This document shows, in pieces, positions 1-11,682 of a stretch of DNA of 64,000 bases. Below the pieces are notes generated by a model that saw nothing but the letters and a program-made list of their open reading frames with translations, was not told the origin of the DNA and did no database searches. The translations under genes and the position numbers were made by a program. The stretch is from positions 75,082,001-75,146,000 of the forward strand of contig OX597824.1 in assembly GCA_951406725.2 (NCBI GenBank), given 5' to 3'. How positions within the stretch are numbered: the stretch's first letter is position 1; the number at the start of each line of letters is the position of its first letter. This DNA is from Octopus vulgaris. Its lineage: Eukaryota.

Positions 1-109
1 CTATAGTAGAAGACACTTGCCAAAGGTGCCAGTTAAATATACAGCTTATATAGTTGCCAGAGAAGAGTCCAGTTTGATATAATATTCAACTACAGACTAC
101 AGACTACCA

Positions 110-240
110 GTCAGTTTGTCTATCTATCTGTCTATCTATTTATTATCTATCTGTTTGTCTGTCTGTCTATCTATCTGCCTGTTTGTCTGCCTGTCTGTCT
201 ATCTATCTATCTATGTATCTATCTATCTATCTATCTGTCT
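110..240. repeat. (TCTA/TCTG)n microsatellite
   Basis: Direct tetranucleotide repeats. Confidence 0.95.
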
Positions 241-249
241 AAAATAAAT

Positions 250-500
250 AAATGCACCCTTTTAGAGCCTAGCCAGGCTCATGGGCCCGGTTTGCCGGTT
301 TCTATGGCATATGTGTTCCCCAGCTGGACGGGACACCAGTCCATTGCAGCGTTACTCATTTTTACCAGCTGAGTGGACTGGAGCAATGTGAAATGAAGTG
401 TTTTGCTCAAGAACACAATGCATTGACCGGTCCAGGAATCGAAACTACAATCTTACGATCATGGTGCTGACACCCTAACCACTAAGCCATGTGCCTCCAC
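250..500 (-). mobile_element. tRNA-derived SINE family D
   Basis: Minus strand starts GGAGGCACATGGCTTAGTGGTTAGGG (A-box-like) with GTTTCGATTCC (B-box-like); homologous copies at 2979-3195 and 31840-32090. Confidence 0.85.
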
Positions 501-1133
501 ATCTATCTGTCTAACTACCTATCAATTACAAACAGGTTACCAGATCAATCTTGTGAAGTTAATTCTCACAATCTACCATTCATTTCAGCAAACCAGCAGA
601 AAGAGATATCAGATGAATGAGATACATTTCTATCACAAACTACCATTGTCCATTAGTGAGTTCATAGGTTAAAAATCAACTTAGAAATGTCGAGTTTTAG
701 ATCACAAAATCTGCCAATCAATTTATCCGGTTATCAGCCATAGGTACTCAAGCAATATGGTAAAGTTCAGCTTTATGCTGCATTCTATAAGTCGGTTTAG
801 CTAGCTGTCAGGATCAAGTACCAAACATCAAACTGGTAACATTAAAATACACACTAGTATCCACTAGCTAGTTCCCCTTGATAATAATGCTGTTTGATCG
901 TCCTATGTATTTCTGTTTAACCTTGGGTCATCCCTGATTCACCAGACCTTTGATTGACCATCATCATCAAATCATTTTTCTATATCTATATCAGGAACTG
1001 CATTATCCAATGTATCCTGCTTTATTTAAAATGACTGTGGAAGATTTTGGAAGCTATGTCTGGTAAGTCAAGTATTCCATTGGTACTTCTGCTCTGTCAT
1101 GGTTAGGCAAATAGATATCCAGATCAATGTGCA

Positions 1134-1900
1134 GTCCACCAACCAGTTCATTAATCTTATTTCTTTATTGCCCACAAGGGGCTAAACATAGAGGGGACAA
1201 ACAGGGACAGACAAACGGATTAAGTTGATTACATCGATCACAGTATGCAACTGGTACTTAATTTATTGACCCTGAAAGGATGAAAGGCAAAGTCTACCTT
1301 GGTGGAATTTGAACTCAGAATGTAGCAGCAGACGAAAAACTGCGAAGCATTTCGCCCGGCATATTAATGTTTCTGCCAGCTCACCGCCTTCTGTTCATCA
1401 ATCTGTTCTTCAATTGGTCAGGAACAAGTAACAGATCAGTTTTGAAATGCTGGTTCACCAAGCTATCAGCTCATCTTTTGGTTCACCAAGCTATCAATTC
1501 ATCTGTTGGTTCACCAAGCTATCAAGTACAAGTACCATATTTGATGGCATAAAAGATGAATGGTCATGTTCAGGAAAAAAATCTTTTATTGCATAAAACA
1601 AGTAAAATAGGCCTAACTTTGCATGAAAAATAGGTCCAACTGTGGTAATTTTTTGAAACATTTCTTTTATGGAAAAAGAATACTCTTATATATGCTGTCA
1701 AGTATGGTACCTTATCAAGATTATCAAACTACAAAACTTGATAATATTAGGCAATAAAAGGATTTTTTCCTGAATATGACCATTCATCTTTTATACCATC
1801 AAATATAGTACTTGTACTTGAACTTGATAGGTTGGTGAACCAACATTTCAAAACTGATTTGTTACCTGTTCCTAACAGATTGATGTACTGATTGGTGGAC
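1134..1900. repeat. Old long inverted repeat/foldback (arms ~1134-1595 and ~1750-1900), left arm interrupted by a SINE
   Basis: Arms are reverse complements (ORF track shows matching SVLKCWFT on both strands); left arm has TGGTTCACCAAGCTATCA x3 at a 28-bp period. Confidence 0.75.
1158..1390 (-). mobile_element. tRNA-derived SINE family A
   Basis: Matches family consensus GGCGGCGAGCTGGCAGAA...GTTCTGAGTTCAAATTCC...CCTTTCATCCTTTCGGGGTCGATAAATTAAGTACCAG...AAAGAAATA; flanked by near-identical GTTCATTAATCT/GTTCATCAATCT TSD. Confidence 0.9.
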
Positions 1901-2090
1901 CACAGTCTAAGGTTGAACATTACTACATTGATATTATCCAAGACTTGGACAATATTCCACCAATCAGTTGAACTAATTGCCAGGGAAAGGTACTGTGTCA
2001 AATTGTTAATGTGAGGCCTCATATCACAATCAACCAGACAGTTCATTTAGCTGTCAGGAACAGACAGACTTAATATTGTTCCTGATTTAA

Positions 2091-2762
2091 CCCTTTGCCT
2101 GCCCATGCTATCTTAAGGCATGGATAGACTGGGCCAGTTGCTGAGAAGCTTCACATGTTCAAGGGCCCAATTCTGTAATTCTGATATATGTATACTGTGG
2201 TTTAGTGTCAGTAGATAAATACTATAGGACTCAGTGCATTGTTTTGATTGGGGGCCTATAATGCTTATACAGCCTTGCATATTCCCCTGGCATCCATATA
2301 TCATATATGATATACATTCCTAATTTTTTTCCACCACCAGAATAACTCGGGACTTATGAAAAGAAAAGCATTATATTATTCAGAACAAGTTCTATTGTGT
2401 CTGGGGAGAGTCATTTTCTTTTTGTGCCTTATTATGTAACACACTCACCGGTATAATTTCCACGTTTTCCTTATTTTTAAGACTCAAAACTATTGAAAAT
2501 GTTGCAAGACGCAACGAAAATTTTAGGACAATAAAAATAAGAAAAACATGGAAATTTTACCGGTGAGTGTGTTACATAATAAGGCACAAAAAGAAAATAA
2601 CTCTTCCCAGACAATAAAATATGCTTCAACACACGAACTCATATAAAGAATCTTGCAAACCAAATCCAAAAACGAAATATGAAACAAGGAATCACTAAAA
2701 GTCTGAAAACAAGCATGGACATTCAGGACAAACTTATGAAACTGCTTTGGATGGGTAAAGGG
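2091..2762. mobile_element. piggyBac-like non-autonomous element
   Basis: TTAA|CCCTTTGCCTGCCCA ... TGGATGGGTAAAGGG|TTAA: CCC/GGG termini with TTAA TSD. Confidence 0.7.
2393..2616. mobile_element. MITE/foldback nested in the piggyBac-like element
   Basis: ~85-bp inverted repeats (CTGGGGAGAGTCATTTTCTTTTTGTGCCTTATTATGTAACACACTCACCGG / reverse complement). Confidence 0.85.
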
Positions 2763-2978
2763 TTAACAGCATAACCTGGTCATTGAGAACCTTCAGCAGA
2801 GTCCATTCTTTTACAAGCATTTTGATAAGTTTGAGAACAACTTCATCTCTCCCTCCAACTGACCTGTGATGCCCTAAAAATATAAAAATGGTTAATGATA
2901 TTCCTTTTCTTTCCTTAAGTCTAAAAAAAATTTGGCAGTCCTGAGTTTCAAACTACAGTCCAGCAATTACTTATACCA

Positions 2979-3195
2979 TGGAGGTGCCTGGTTTAGTGGT
3001 TAGAGTGCTGGGCTCATGATTGTAAGGTTGTGGTTTCAGTTCCTGGATCAGGCAATGCATTGAATTCTTGAGCAAAGCACTTCATTTCACATTACTCCAA
3101 TCCACTCTGATAGTAAATATGAGTGATTCTGCAATGGACCAGCATCCTATCAAGGAAGGAATATATATGCCAGAGAAACCAAGAAACTGGGCCTA
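2979..3195 (+). mobile_element. SINE family D, diverged
   Basis: GGAGGTGCCTGGTTTAGTGGTTAG head; body homologous to 250-500. Confidence 0.75.
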
Positions 3196-3487
3196 TGGTG
3201 CTTATATATTAATGTGAACTAACCAATTACTTACACTAAATGTTGTTTCAATCTATGTCACTTCCAATTAAATTATCAAAATCGTTCCTAATTTGACTAT
3301 TCATTTTCTTTGTTTATCATGGACTAGCATTGTCCAGAGTATATATTTTTTTTATTTAAGACTGAGGCAGATTTGGTTGCTATTTCTAGCGTATTACTGT
3401 TTACTCTTTTCACTTGTTTCAGTCATTTGACTGCGACCATGCTGGAGTACCGCCTTTAGTCGCGCAAATCGACCCCAAGACATATAT

Positions 3488-3670
3488 ACAGGGAGAGTTC
3501 ACGAAAAAAACAAAAGACGAAGACAGGTGGTGTAGAAAACAAACAGATGTATTAGTATAACGCTCAGGAATTGAAGAAGTCTTTTACGTTTCGAGCCTAC
3601 GCTCTTCTACAGAAAGGGACACAGAAAAAACAAGGAGAGAAAAAAATGTGTGTAGTGGCTAACGATCTAC
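3488..3670 (-). mobile_element. Short non-coding Penelope-pLTR/retrozyme-like element, family H1
   Basis: Homologous to 19232-19510 and both arms of 50404-50842; carries a hammerhead-like motif. Confidence 0.7.
3580..3617 (-). ncRNA. Minimal hammerhead ribozyme-like motif (variant core CUGUAGA)
   Basis: Minus strand CUUU-CUGUAGA-A-GAGC-guag-GCUC-GAAAC-GUA-AAAG. Confidence 0.55.
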
Positions 3671-3673
3671 AGT

Positions 3674-3675
<2 letters not shown>

Positions 3676-3748
<73 letters not shown>
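3676..3748. repeat. (GATA)n microsatellite
   Basis: Perfect tetranucleotide run. Confidence 0.97.
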
Positions 3749-3749
<1 letters not shown>

Positions 3750-3839
3750 ATCCTTGTGACCGGAACAAAAATGTGGTAATATTTTCCAGGAGGCAAAGAA
3801 GAGCTGCCTCCAATGAGCTGAGATCTTTCAGCTGTGACC

Positions 3840-3990
3840 AAAAGATGTCAGGTTTAAGTTCGTACATACTTGTTATGCAGGGCTTGCAGCATCTACTTCC
3901 ATTCAGATATGGCTCAGGTCGTTCCAGCAGTTTCCAGTCGATTTTGTACAGCGTTTCTTCATTTTTTTAATAGCCATATATTAACGTTAT
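3840..3990 (-). pseudogene. Penelope-like GIY-YIG endonuclease C-terminal fragment
   Basis: Minus strand reads IWLLK-NEETLYKIDWKLLERPEPYLNGSRCCKPCITSMYEL, paralogous to IWFNKDRNKYCTINWKLIYNTKSYRTGTKKCDLCLEE at 16.3 kb. Confidence 0.65.
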
Positions 3991-4814
3991 AAAATTGCGC
4001 CTCTCAAGGATTCTAAGAGGATCTGGGATTATTAAGCCTGAACTTAAAGGTGACCTTTGTTGCCATAACATATTTATGAGCGTGTGTTCCACCGTTGTCA
4101 TTGTTGTTGTTGGACGACTTTACCTCTGCTTCATAGACCATAACCTCTGTGCTACGTTAACTATTCATTGGCACTCACTGTTAACCCTACACGAGCATCT
4201 TTCGTCTGCGCAGGGCCGAAGGGCATTCACTAATACTATAGGCTATTGCAGTTTGTCATTTCCTACGTTTGTCCTTCAATTTGATTATCGGCTCATTCAA
4301 GGTCGCGAAAAAAATTAGCACCATCATGTTAGTCATCCAAATTCATTCTTCGATCATTCAGTTTCGCACTTCGGTCAAAGAATTTAGCATTTACATCAAT
4401 CAAATTAAAACGCCCGTCGAGAGCATTCAAATTAGTCGGAACGTGAGGAAGCGTCTTTTCGAGCATTCAAATTCGCACGTGAACATTCGAGTTCGGAATA
4501 AGTTTAATCAATTTAGCACTAATTCTCCCTGAGTGTTTTCACACACATTCTAAGAAGCGAATGTTACAAATGACAAATTTAGATGACGTGTTTTGTCACG
4601 TAAATTTTATTATGTTGTTATAGATACGAGGAAGAAATGAATTACGTGATTCTTCTCTCCACAAAAGTCCTGTTCCTTGCAACATTGCGTTACTTTGGAA
4701 TTTACTTGCTTGGCTCCTTACTCTTTACTTGTTTCAGTCATTTGACTGTGGCCATGCTGGAGCACCGCCTTTAGTCGAGCAAATCGACCCCTGGACTTAT
4801 TCTTTGTAAGCCTA

Positions 4815-5410
4815 TTACAATCTTCGGGTTTTAAAAAATATGCTAAGCCACTGGTTTTAATTGATTAATATCAATTTCTACCCTTATTTAATTTTAAATA
4901 AAAAAATGTTCTCTAGCCGGTAAATTGACTGATGTAGTTTATTAACTGCAGAGTAGTTTCCAATCTCAGCGCGCCAAAGTAAAGGCATTTGAAAGATACA
5001 CCTAAATATAATTTGTAGAACTTAATACATGATTGAGCGTTCTGTACCTAGTTCTGGAAATTGTGTTTTGTAAACGACAGACTATGCTGATGATCTTGCA
5101 GATGTTTGCGTGTCCATATACGTAAATATTAACAAGTGAAACCAATTGGTACATAGGGAATCGTTTTTTATTTCGTATATTTTCATGTGTCTTGCATATT
5201 TTTACACTTTGTTTTTTTTCTTGAGATTTTTCTTGAGAACACATTCTTCGTGGTAAATGGCGATTTGACGTCTATGTTTAGCATATAGGCTGTCCACTTT
5301 TAGTGGTCAGTCCTCTAAATTTTGTATGTAAAACAACTTTTAATCTTCGGATTTTAAAAAAAATATGCTAAGCCACTAGTTTTAATTGATTAATATCAAT
5401 GTCTACCCTT
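4815..5410. repeat. ~520-bp monomer of repeat family G with ~68-bp terminal direct repeat
   Basis: AATCTTCGG.TTTTAAAAAA..ATGCTAAGCCACT.GTTTTAATTGATTAATATCAAT.TCTACCCTT at 4818 and again at 5342; homologues at 54950-55345 and 56299-56852. Confidence 0.7.
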
Positions 5411-5608
5411 TGTGACCGCGTGTGTACCGTTGGCGACTTTTTTTCCTCTGTCTTCCCTTCTCTGGATCTTTCCTTCTCCTATGTTTCCGACGAAGAGCTC
5501 CGCTCGAAACGTTAAACCCCACTTCTTTCCTTTTTTCCTGAGCGTCCAATAATACTATATTTGTTTCACCTCCTCGCGTTATTGTGTTTTTTTGTGCTTT
5601 CATGTTTA
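5411..5608 (+). mobile_element. Short non-coding hammerhead-bearing element, family H2
   Basis: Near-identical inverted copy at 20838-21033. Confidence 0.75.
5483..5517 (+). ncRNA. Minimal hammerhead ribozyme-like motif (U4C mutated)
   Basis: GUUU-CCGACGA-A-GAGC-ucc-GCUC-GAAAC-GUU-AAAC. Confidence 0.55.
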
Positions 5609-5622
5609 TATATATATATATG

Positions 5623-5900
5623 CAGGGTGTCTAAAAAATATATACACACTTTAATTGCTGATAATTCATTCAATCCTTATTTTTTGAGGGCCTCTAAATA
5701 TCAGGCTGGTAAAAAGAATGTTTTTGCTTGTGATTTTGAAGTTGGTATATTTGGAAGCTGACATTGTCTACAAGTTCATGCATTAAAATACTCTCTAACG
5801 CCAATGTTCGTAATATACCCTTTTGGCGTTCAAGAGAGTTGACATGCACAACTTGCAGACGTTTCCAGTAGTTAAAGCTTTTAACCGAAGTTATTTTATT
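5623..5900. mobile_element. Tc1/mariner-type DNA element end (single TIR) with internal imperfect palindrome
   Basis: After a (TA)n run, CAGGGTGTCTAAAAAATATATACACACTTT; partner TIR not found. Confidence 0.4.
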
Positions 5901-5949
5901 GGTGAACCTTCTTTGTAAATTTTTAATCCTTTATATGAGAGCGGATGTG

Positions 5950-6175
5950 TTTGGAAACCAAAGCAGTGAGCAGTAATCTAGTCTGCCCAGAACTAAAGTT
6001 TTCTATAGAGTCAGCACAACTACCGGTTCCCTTGTTACGAAGGTTCGTAGGACCAATCCCATGAGATGTCTGCATTTAGAGGTCAGTTTGGTGATGTGGT
6101 TGGTGAAACATGCATCGTTTGACATTATTACTCCTACGTCCTGTTTGTCATTAGCACTCTGAATCAATGTGATTT
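5950..6175 (-). pseudogene. CR1/L2-group LINE RT C-terminal fragment
   Basis: QDVGVIMSNDACFTNHITKLTSKCRHLMGLVLRTFVTREPVVVLTL*KTLVLGRLDYCSLLW matches the DLGV...HI...ILRTF...RLDYCS..W pattern. Confidence 0.7.
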
Positions 6176-6326
6176 TTTTAATGTACATATACATTACCTG
6201 AAATTAAAATTTATCAAAAACGCCTTTAAGAAAAATTACTAAGCTAACAAAAGAGCAACCAAAATAAATCAGATCGTATCACATGCATTTTTTATTTATT
6301 TTACTAACTGGTATATTTTCTCTTGT

Positions 6327-6590
6327 GGAGGCACATGGCCTAGTGGTTCGAGCAGCGGACTCGCGATCGAGTGATCGCGGGTTCGAATCTCAGACCGGGC
6401 GATGTGTGTGTTTATGAGTGAAACACCTAAGCTCCACGCGGCTCCGGCAGAAGGTAATATCGAACTTCTGCTGACTCTTTCGCCACAACTTTCTCTCACT
6501 CTTTCCTCCTGCATCTTGCAGCTCACCTATACGCCAAGAAACCGGGAAACCGGCCCTTATGGCTCGAGAAGGAACATGGCTCGAGAAGGA
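6327..6590 (+). mobile_element. tRNA-derived SINE family C
   Basis: GGAGGCACATGGCCTAGTGG (A box), GGTTCGAATC (B box); copies at 18618 and 27942. Confidence 0.85.
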
Positions 6591-6728
6591 ACAAACAATA
6601 TTTTCTCTTAACATCGAATGCGAAACGAAAGAATATATCTTGTGTTCCATGACAATCAGAAATGTCGATTTAAGAGCAACGGTAGCAATAATATCGAGGA
6701 ATAAAATGATGATAATAAAGATGATGCA

Positions 6729-7147
6729 TAGGAGTGGCTGTGTGGTAAGTAGCTTGCTTACCAGCCACATGGTTCCGGGTTCAGTCCCACTGCGTGGTAC
6801 CTTGGGTAAGTGTCTTCCACGACAGCCTCGGGCTGACCAAAGCCTTGTGAGTGGATTTGGTAGACTGGTAGACGGAAACTGAAAGAAGCCCGTCGTATAT
6901 ATGTATATGTGTATATATATATATGTCTGAGTGTATATGTTTGTGTGTCTGTGTTTGTCCCCCAACATCACTAGACAACCGATGCTGGTGTGTTTACGTC
7001 CCCGTAACTTAGCGGTTCGGCAAAAAGAGACCGATAGAATAAGTACTAGGCTTACAAAGAATAAGTCCTGCGGTCGATTTGCTCAACTAAAGGCGGTGCT
7101 CCAGCATGGCCACAGTCAAATGACTGAAACGAGTAAAAAGAGAGAAA
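6729..7147 (+). mobile_element. tRNA-derived SINE family B (head, internal microsatellite, 3' module)
   Basis: GGAGTGGCTGTGTGGTAAG head, CCTTGGG.AAGT CORE-like motif, tail ending CAGTCAAATGACTGAAAC.AGTAAAA. Confidence 0.9.
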
Positions 7148-7149
7148 GA

Positions 7150-7525
7150 GATGATGATGATGATGATGATGATGATGTCGACGACAATGATGAAGTGTAT
7201 GGTTGTGATGGTGGTGATGATGACGACTACGACGACGACGACGATGATGATGACGAAAGGCGACGATAATGATGGTGATGATACTTATAGATATTTAGCT
7301 GATGAACCTGATGGTAATCCTCATGGTGTTGATGATGAAGATCACGATGATGTTGATGGTGGTGGTGGTGTTGATGATGATGAGGAGGAGGAGGAGAAGG
7401 AGGATAATAACGATGATGACGATAATGATGGTAGTGTTGATAATGTAGTTGGTGTTCATAATGATTGTGATGCTGCTGCTCATAATGTCATTGATAATAT
7501 AGTGATGATGATGATGATGATGATA

Positions 7526-7603
<78 letters not shown>

Positions 7604-7725
7604 GGGATGATGATGGGGATGATGGCGACGACGATGATGATGATGACGATAACGATGATGATGAAGAGTATGGTTGCGATGGTGATGTTCATGATGACGC
7701 TAATGATGATGATGATGATGATCAT

Positions 7726-7757
<32 letters not shown>

Positions 7758-7900
7758 GAAGCAGTGGTGCTGCTGATGTTGACGACGACGACGACGATGA
7801 TGATTGCTGGTGGTAGTAGTAGTAGTAGTAGTGGTAGTGGTGGCGATGGTGTTGGTGGTGGTGGTATTAGTAGTGATGGTGGTATGGCAGTGGTGATGAC

Positions 7901-7931
<31 letters not shown>

Positions 7932-7980
7932 TGCAGGAGGATGAGGATGAGGTTGATGATGACGACGACGACGACGACTG
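7150..7980. repeat. Compound trinucleotide repeat (GAT/GAC/GGT/GAG/CAT/CAG/AGT)
   Basis: ~830 bp of in-phase trinucleotide blocks; source of the poly-M/D/H ORFs. Confidence 0.95.
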
Positions 7981-8244
7981 CACTCGTCAAAGTAAATAAA
8001 CAAGCACACAGTAAATTTAAACTGCAGCTGCAAAACAAAAAAAAAAGAAAGAAAAAAAAGTTAAGAATAAGAACAACAACAACAACACCAGCAACATTAG
8101 AAACGATACCATATCAGCCATGGCTATGAAATGAAATGAATCAAGTTAGAAAAATAAATTGATAAATCTATTTCTGTAGTTGATAATATCATTTATCAAC
8201 AGACAATTTCATATAATTAAATAAAACTAAATGAAATATTTACA

Positions 8245-8672
<428 letters not shown>

Positions 8673-9041
8673 CGTTTAAATAAAATGACAAATTATAAAT
8701 TCTTTCACAAAACGTAAGCAATCGTTTAATAAAATTTGGTCTGTGTAGTGAAGTTATATAAATAATATGGCGTGTTATTTTTAAAACATTCTTTGGTCAG
8801 ACACAGTGAGGTCGTGCTGTTGACCTTTGTACGTCCTTCCAAATTGGTGATGGTAGTGGTGGTGGCTGCGTCTGGGGTGGATTTTGGTTTAAACTTTTAT
8901 CGTTTGGTTTAAAACTGTAGGAAAAGACGTGAGGGTAATGTTACAGCGGGATGCATTTGGTGGAGTGAGGGAAGGCAGGATTGGGTAAAGTGTGTACTAT
9001 GGAGTTTTTGTGTATGAAAGAAAATGAAACAAAAACTATCT

Positions 9042-9104
<63 letters not shown>

Positions 9105-9336
9105 GGATGGATAGATAGATATAGATAGATAAATATAGATAGATAGATAGATAGATAGATAGATGGATGGATATATAGATAGATAGATGGATGGATAGAT
9201 AGACAGATGGATAGATAGATAGATAGATAGATAGATAAATAGATAGAGATAGATAGATAGATGGATAGATAGATGGATAGATAGATAGATAGATAGATAG
9301 ACAGATGGATAGATAGATGGATAGATAGATAGATAG

Positions 9337-9379
<43 letters not shown>
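9042..9379. repeat. (GATA/GATG)n plus (GT)n microsatellite
   Basis: Direct observation. Confidence 0.97.
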
Positions 9380-9381
<2 letters not shown>

Positions 9382-9514
9382 CATATAAAAATCATATAAC
9401 GTGGTGAGTTGGCAGAAACGTTACCGCGCCGGGCGAGATGGCTAGCAGTATCTCGTGTATTTTCATTCTGAGTTCAAATTCCACCGTAGTCGACTTTACC
9501 TTTCGAATATTCAT

Positions 9515-9930
9515 AGGCGCACGAGTGGCTGTGTGGCAAGTAGCTTGCTTACCAGCCACATGGTTCTGGGTTCAGTACCGCTGCGTGGCACCTTGGGCAA
9601 GTATCTTCTACTATAGCCTCGGGCCGACCAAAGCCTTGTGAGTGGATTTGGTAGACGGAAACTGAAAGAAGTCCGTCGTATATATGTATATATAAGGCGG
9701 CGAGCTGGCAGAAACGTTAGCACGCCGGGCGAAATTCGTAGCTGTATTTCGTCTGCCGTTACGTTCTGAGTTCAAATTCCGCCAAGGTCGACTTTGCCTT
9801 TCATCCTTTCGGGGTCGATAAATTAAGTACCAGTTACGCACTGGGGTCGATATAATCGACTTAATCCGTTTGTTTGTCCTTGTTTGTCCTCTCTGTGTTT
9901 AGCCCCTTGTGGATAGTAAAGAAATACGTA

Positions 9931-10022
<92 letters not shown>

Positions 10023-10258
10023 TGTATGTATGTTTGTATGTATGTATGTTTGTGTGTCTGTGTTTGTCACCCCCCCCCCCAACATCGTTTGACAACCGAT
10101 GCTAGTGTGTTTACGTCCCCGTAACTTAGCGGTTCGGCAAAAGAGACCGATAGACTAAGTACTAGGCTTACAAAGAATAAGTCATGGGGTCGATTTGCTC
10201 GACTAAAGGCTGTGCTCCGGCATGGCCGCAGTCAAATGACTGAAACAAGTAAAAGAAA
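9515..10258 (+). mobile_element. SINE B with a full SINE A (9696-9926) nested in its internal microsatellite
   Basis: B head 9515-9690, complete A copy, (TA)n/(TATG)n, then B 3' module 10050-10258. Confidence 0.85.
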
Positions 10259-10469
10259 AAAAGAGAATAATTTATTATTTTGAAAATGGTAAGTATTCAG
10301 CAGCGTGTCAGAGGAGTTGAGATGAGGGGGAATGGCCCACCCAGAGCATCGCGGGGCTGTGGTCTGTCCCGGAGTAATACTTATGGGTTTGTTGTATGAG
10401 CCTGTACAGGCTTGGAGCTCGGGGTAAGCGAGAGCAAACACAAGGGCGACGCCGCTGTGAATACCGTTG

Positions 10470-11130
10470 TCTGCGCTGTCACGTGTGGGACGAGTCGGTT
10501 TATCAGCCGAGTCTATCGTCAATATCGTCACGCCTCCTTCCTTCAAACGGGGAAGGAAGAGCTATTTTCATCATCCTTGTGGCTATGGCGAAAGAATATA
10601 TCTGGTGGACGCGTCTGAATGGATTAGAGACAAACACTTTCCTCTCTGGTCAATCTCTCATCAACTTCTTCAAGTATCACTTGAAAAGGAAAGTGAAAGT
10701 AGAGAGGCAAGTTTTGTCTAGTGAATGTTTCAAAAAAAGATGGGTGAATGTAGCAAGGACGGCACGTATGAATGACAAAGCCACTTTGAGCATAATCCTA
10801 TGAACCCGTAAAAATTTAAAACAGAGAGTTACTTACTTGCAAATAAATGTGTTAACATGCGACATTATTGACCGAGGTTACTGTGGTCTTTTCCGTAGGC
10901 TTTTCTTTCCACGGATAAACCTTATCGGCATCCCCCTTTACACTTTACATCATGACATTTCTATGATACACGATCCCTATTGATCGTCTTTTTCCCCTTT
11001 TTACGATCCCTTTTGATCGAAAACCTACCCCACTTTTTTTTCTCCCCCAAAAGAAAAGATTTACTTTGTAATTTGTCCCGTCTGTGTTCAGCCATGTGTT
11101 GCTGATAAAGAAACATATTTAAAATTCTAT
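10470..11130 (+). mobile_element. 5'-truncated L1/Tx1-like LINE: ORF2 C-terminus and 3' UTR
   Basis: Frameshifted ORFs join as LSRVGRVGLSAESIVNI...EGRAIFIILVAMAKEYIWWTR...FKKRW, resembling the Tx1/L1 ORF2 C-terminal AK..IW..R motif; related 3' end at ~27480-27740. Confidence 0.6.
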
Positions 11131-11682
11131 CATCAGCTGTTGGCACAACATGATGAGAAACCGAGCTTTACAAGCATTTGAGCACGAGCATTCCACCAAC
11201 TATAATGCTGTTGAGAAGTCGGGTTCAATAAGCATGGGCAGAAGTCGAGCCTCGATCTTTACAGGAAGGAAACCTTTTCTGAAGATCATGGAAACCTAAT
11301 GCAAAAAGGTCAACAATTTTTCAAGAACAGATGCACTACCGATTTTCAGGTGCGTCCTTTAATCCGTACATAATGATGTGAATTCACTTAAATTTCTCGC
11401 GACCATCATTAACTTCTTCGCTACCAAGCTTTCATGGCTTCACTTCTTTATTCACTTGAAACATATCATTAAGGAGGAAGCACTCTCTCTGCTGTAATAA
11501 TATAACGGACTGTAATAATATAAAGACGCTAATGCTTAAAATTAAACCGAACACTACGTGCTGAAAAACTAAGGACCATTTCTCTATGAAGAACAAATTA
11601 TTTGATAACACTGGGGAACAATCTTCAATTTATTTTCTGTTGAGTTTGTTTTTTCACTTGATTAAGACTAATACTGGCATAC

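Noticed and set aside
6327-6400. tRNA gene
   Set aside because: A/B boxes run into a multi-copy SINE body with no proper acceptor stem or terminator; the same applies to the other SINE heads
6390-6971. 193-aa ORF and similar SINE-spanning ORFs (e.g. MRNWYL..RPRKDERQSRP)
   Set aside because: Antisense translations of SINE consensus, recurring wherever the SINE occurs
7151-8129. Long poly-Met/Asp/His/Ile ORFs
   Set aside because: Translations of trinucleotide microsatellite, open in several frames on both strands
11140-11460. LINE ORF1-like fragment on the minus strand (IIMYGLKD)
   Set aside because: Single short motif amid stops; insufficient support
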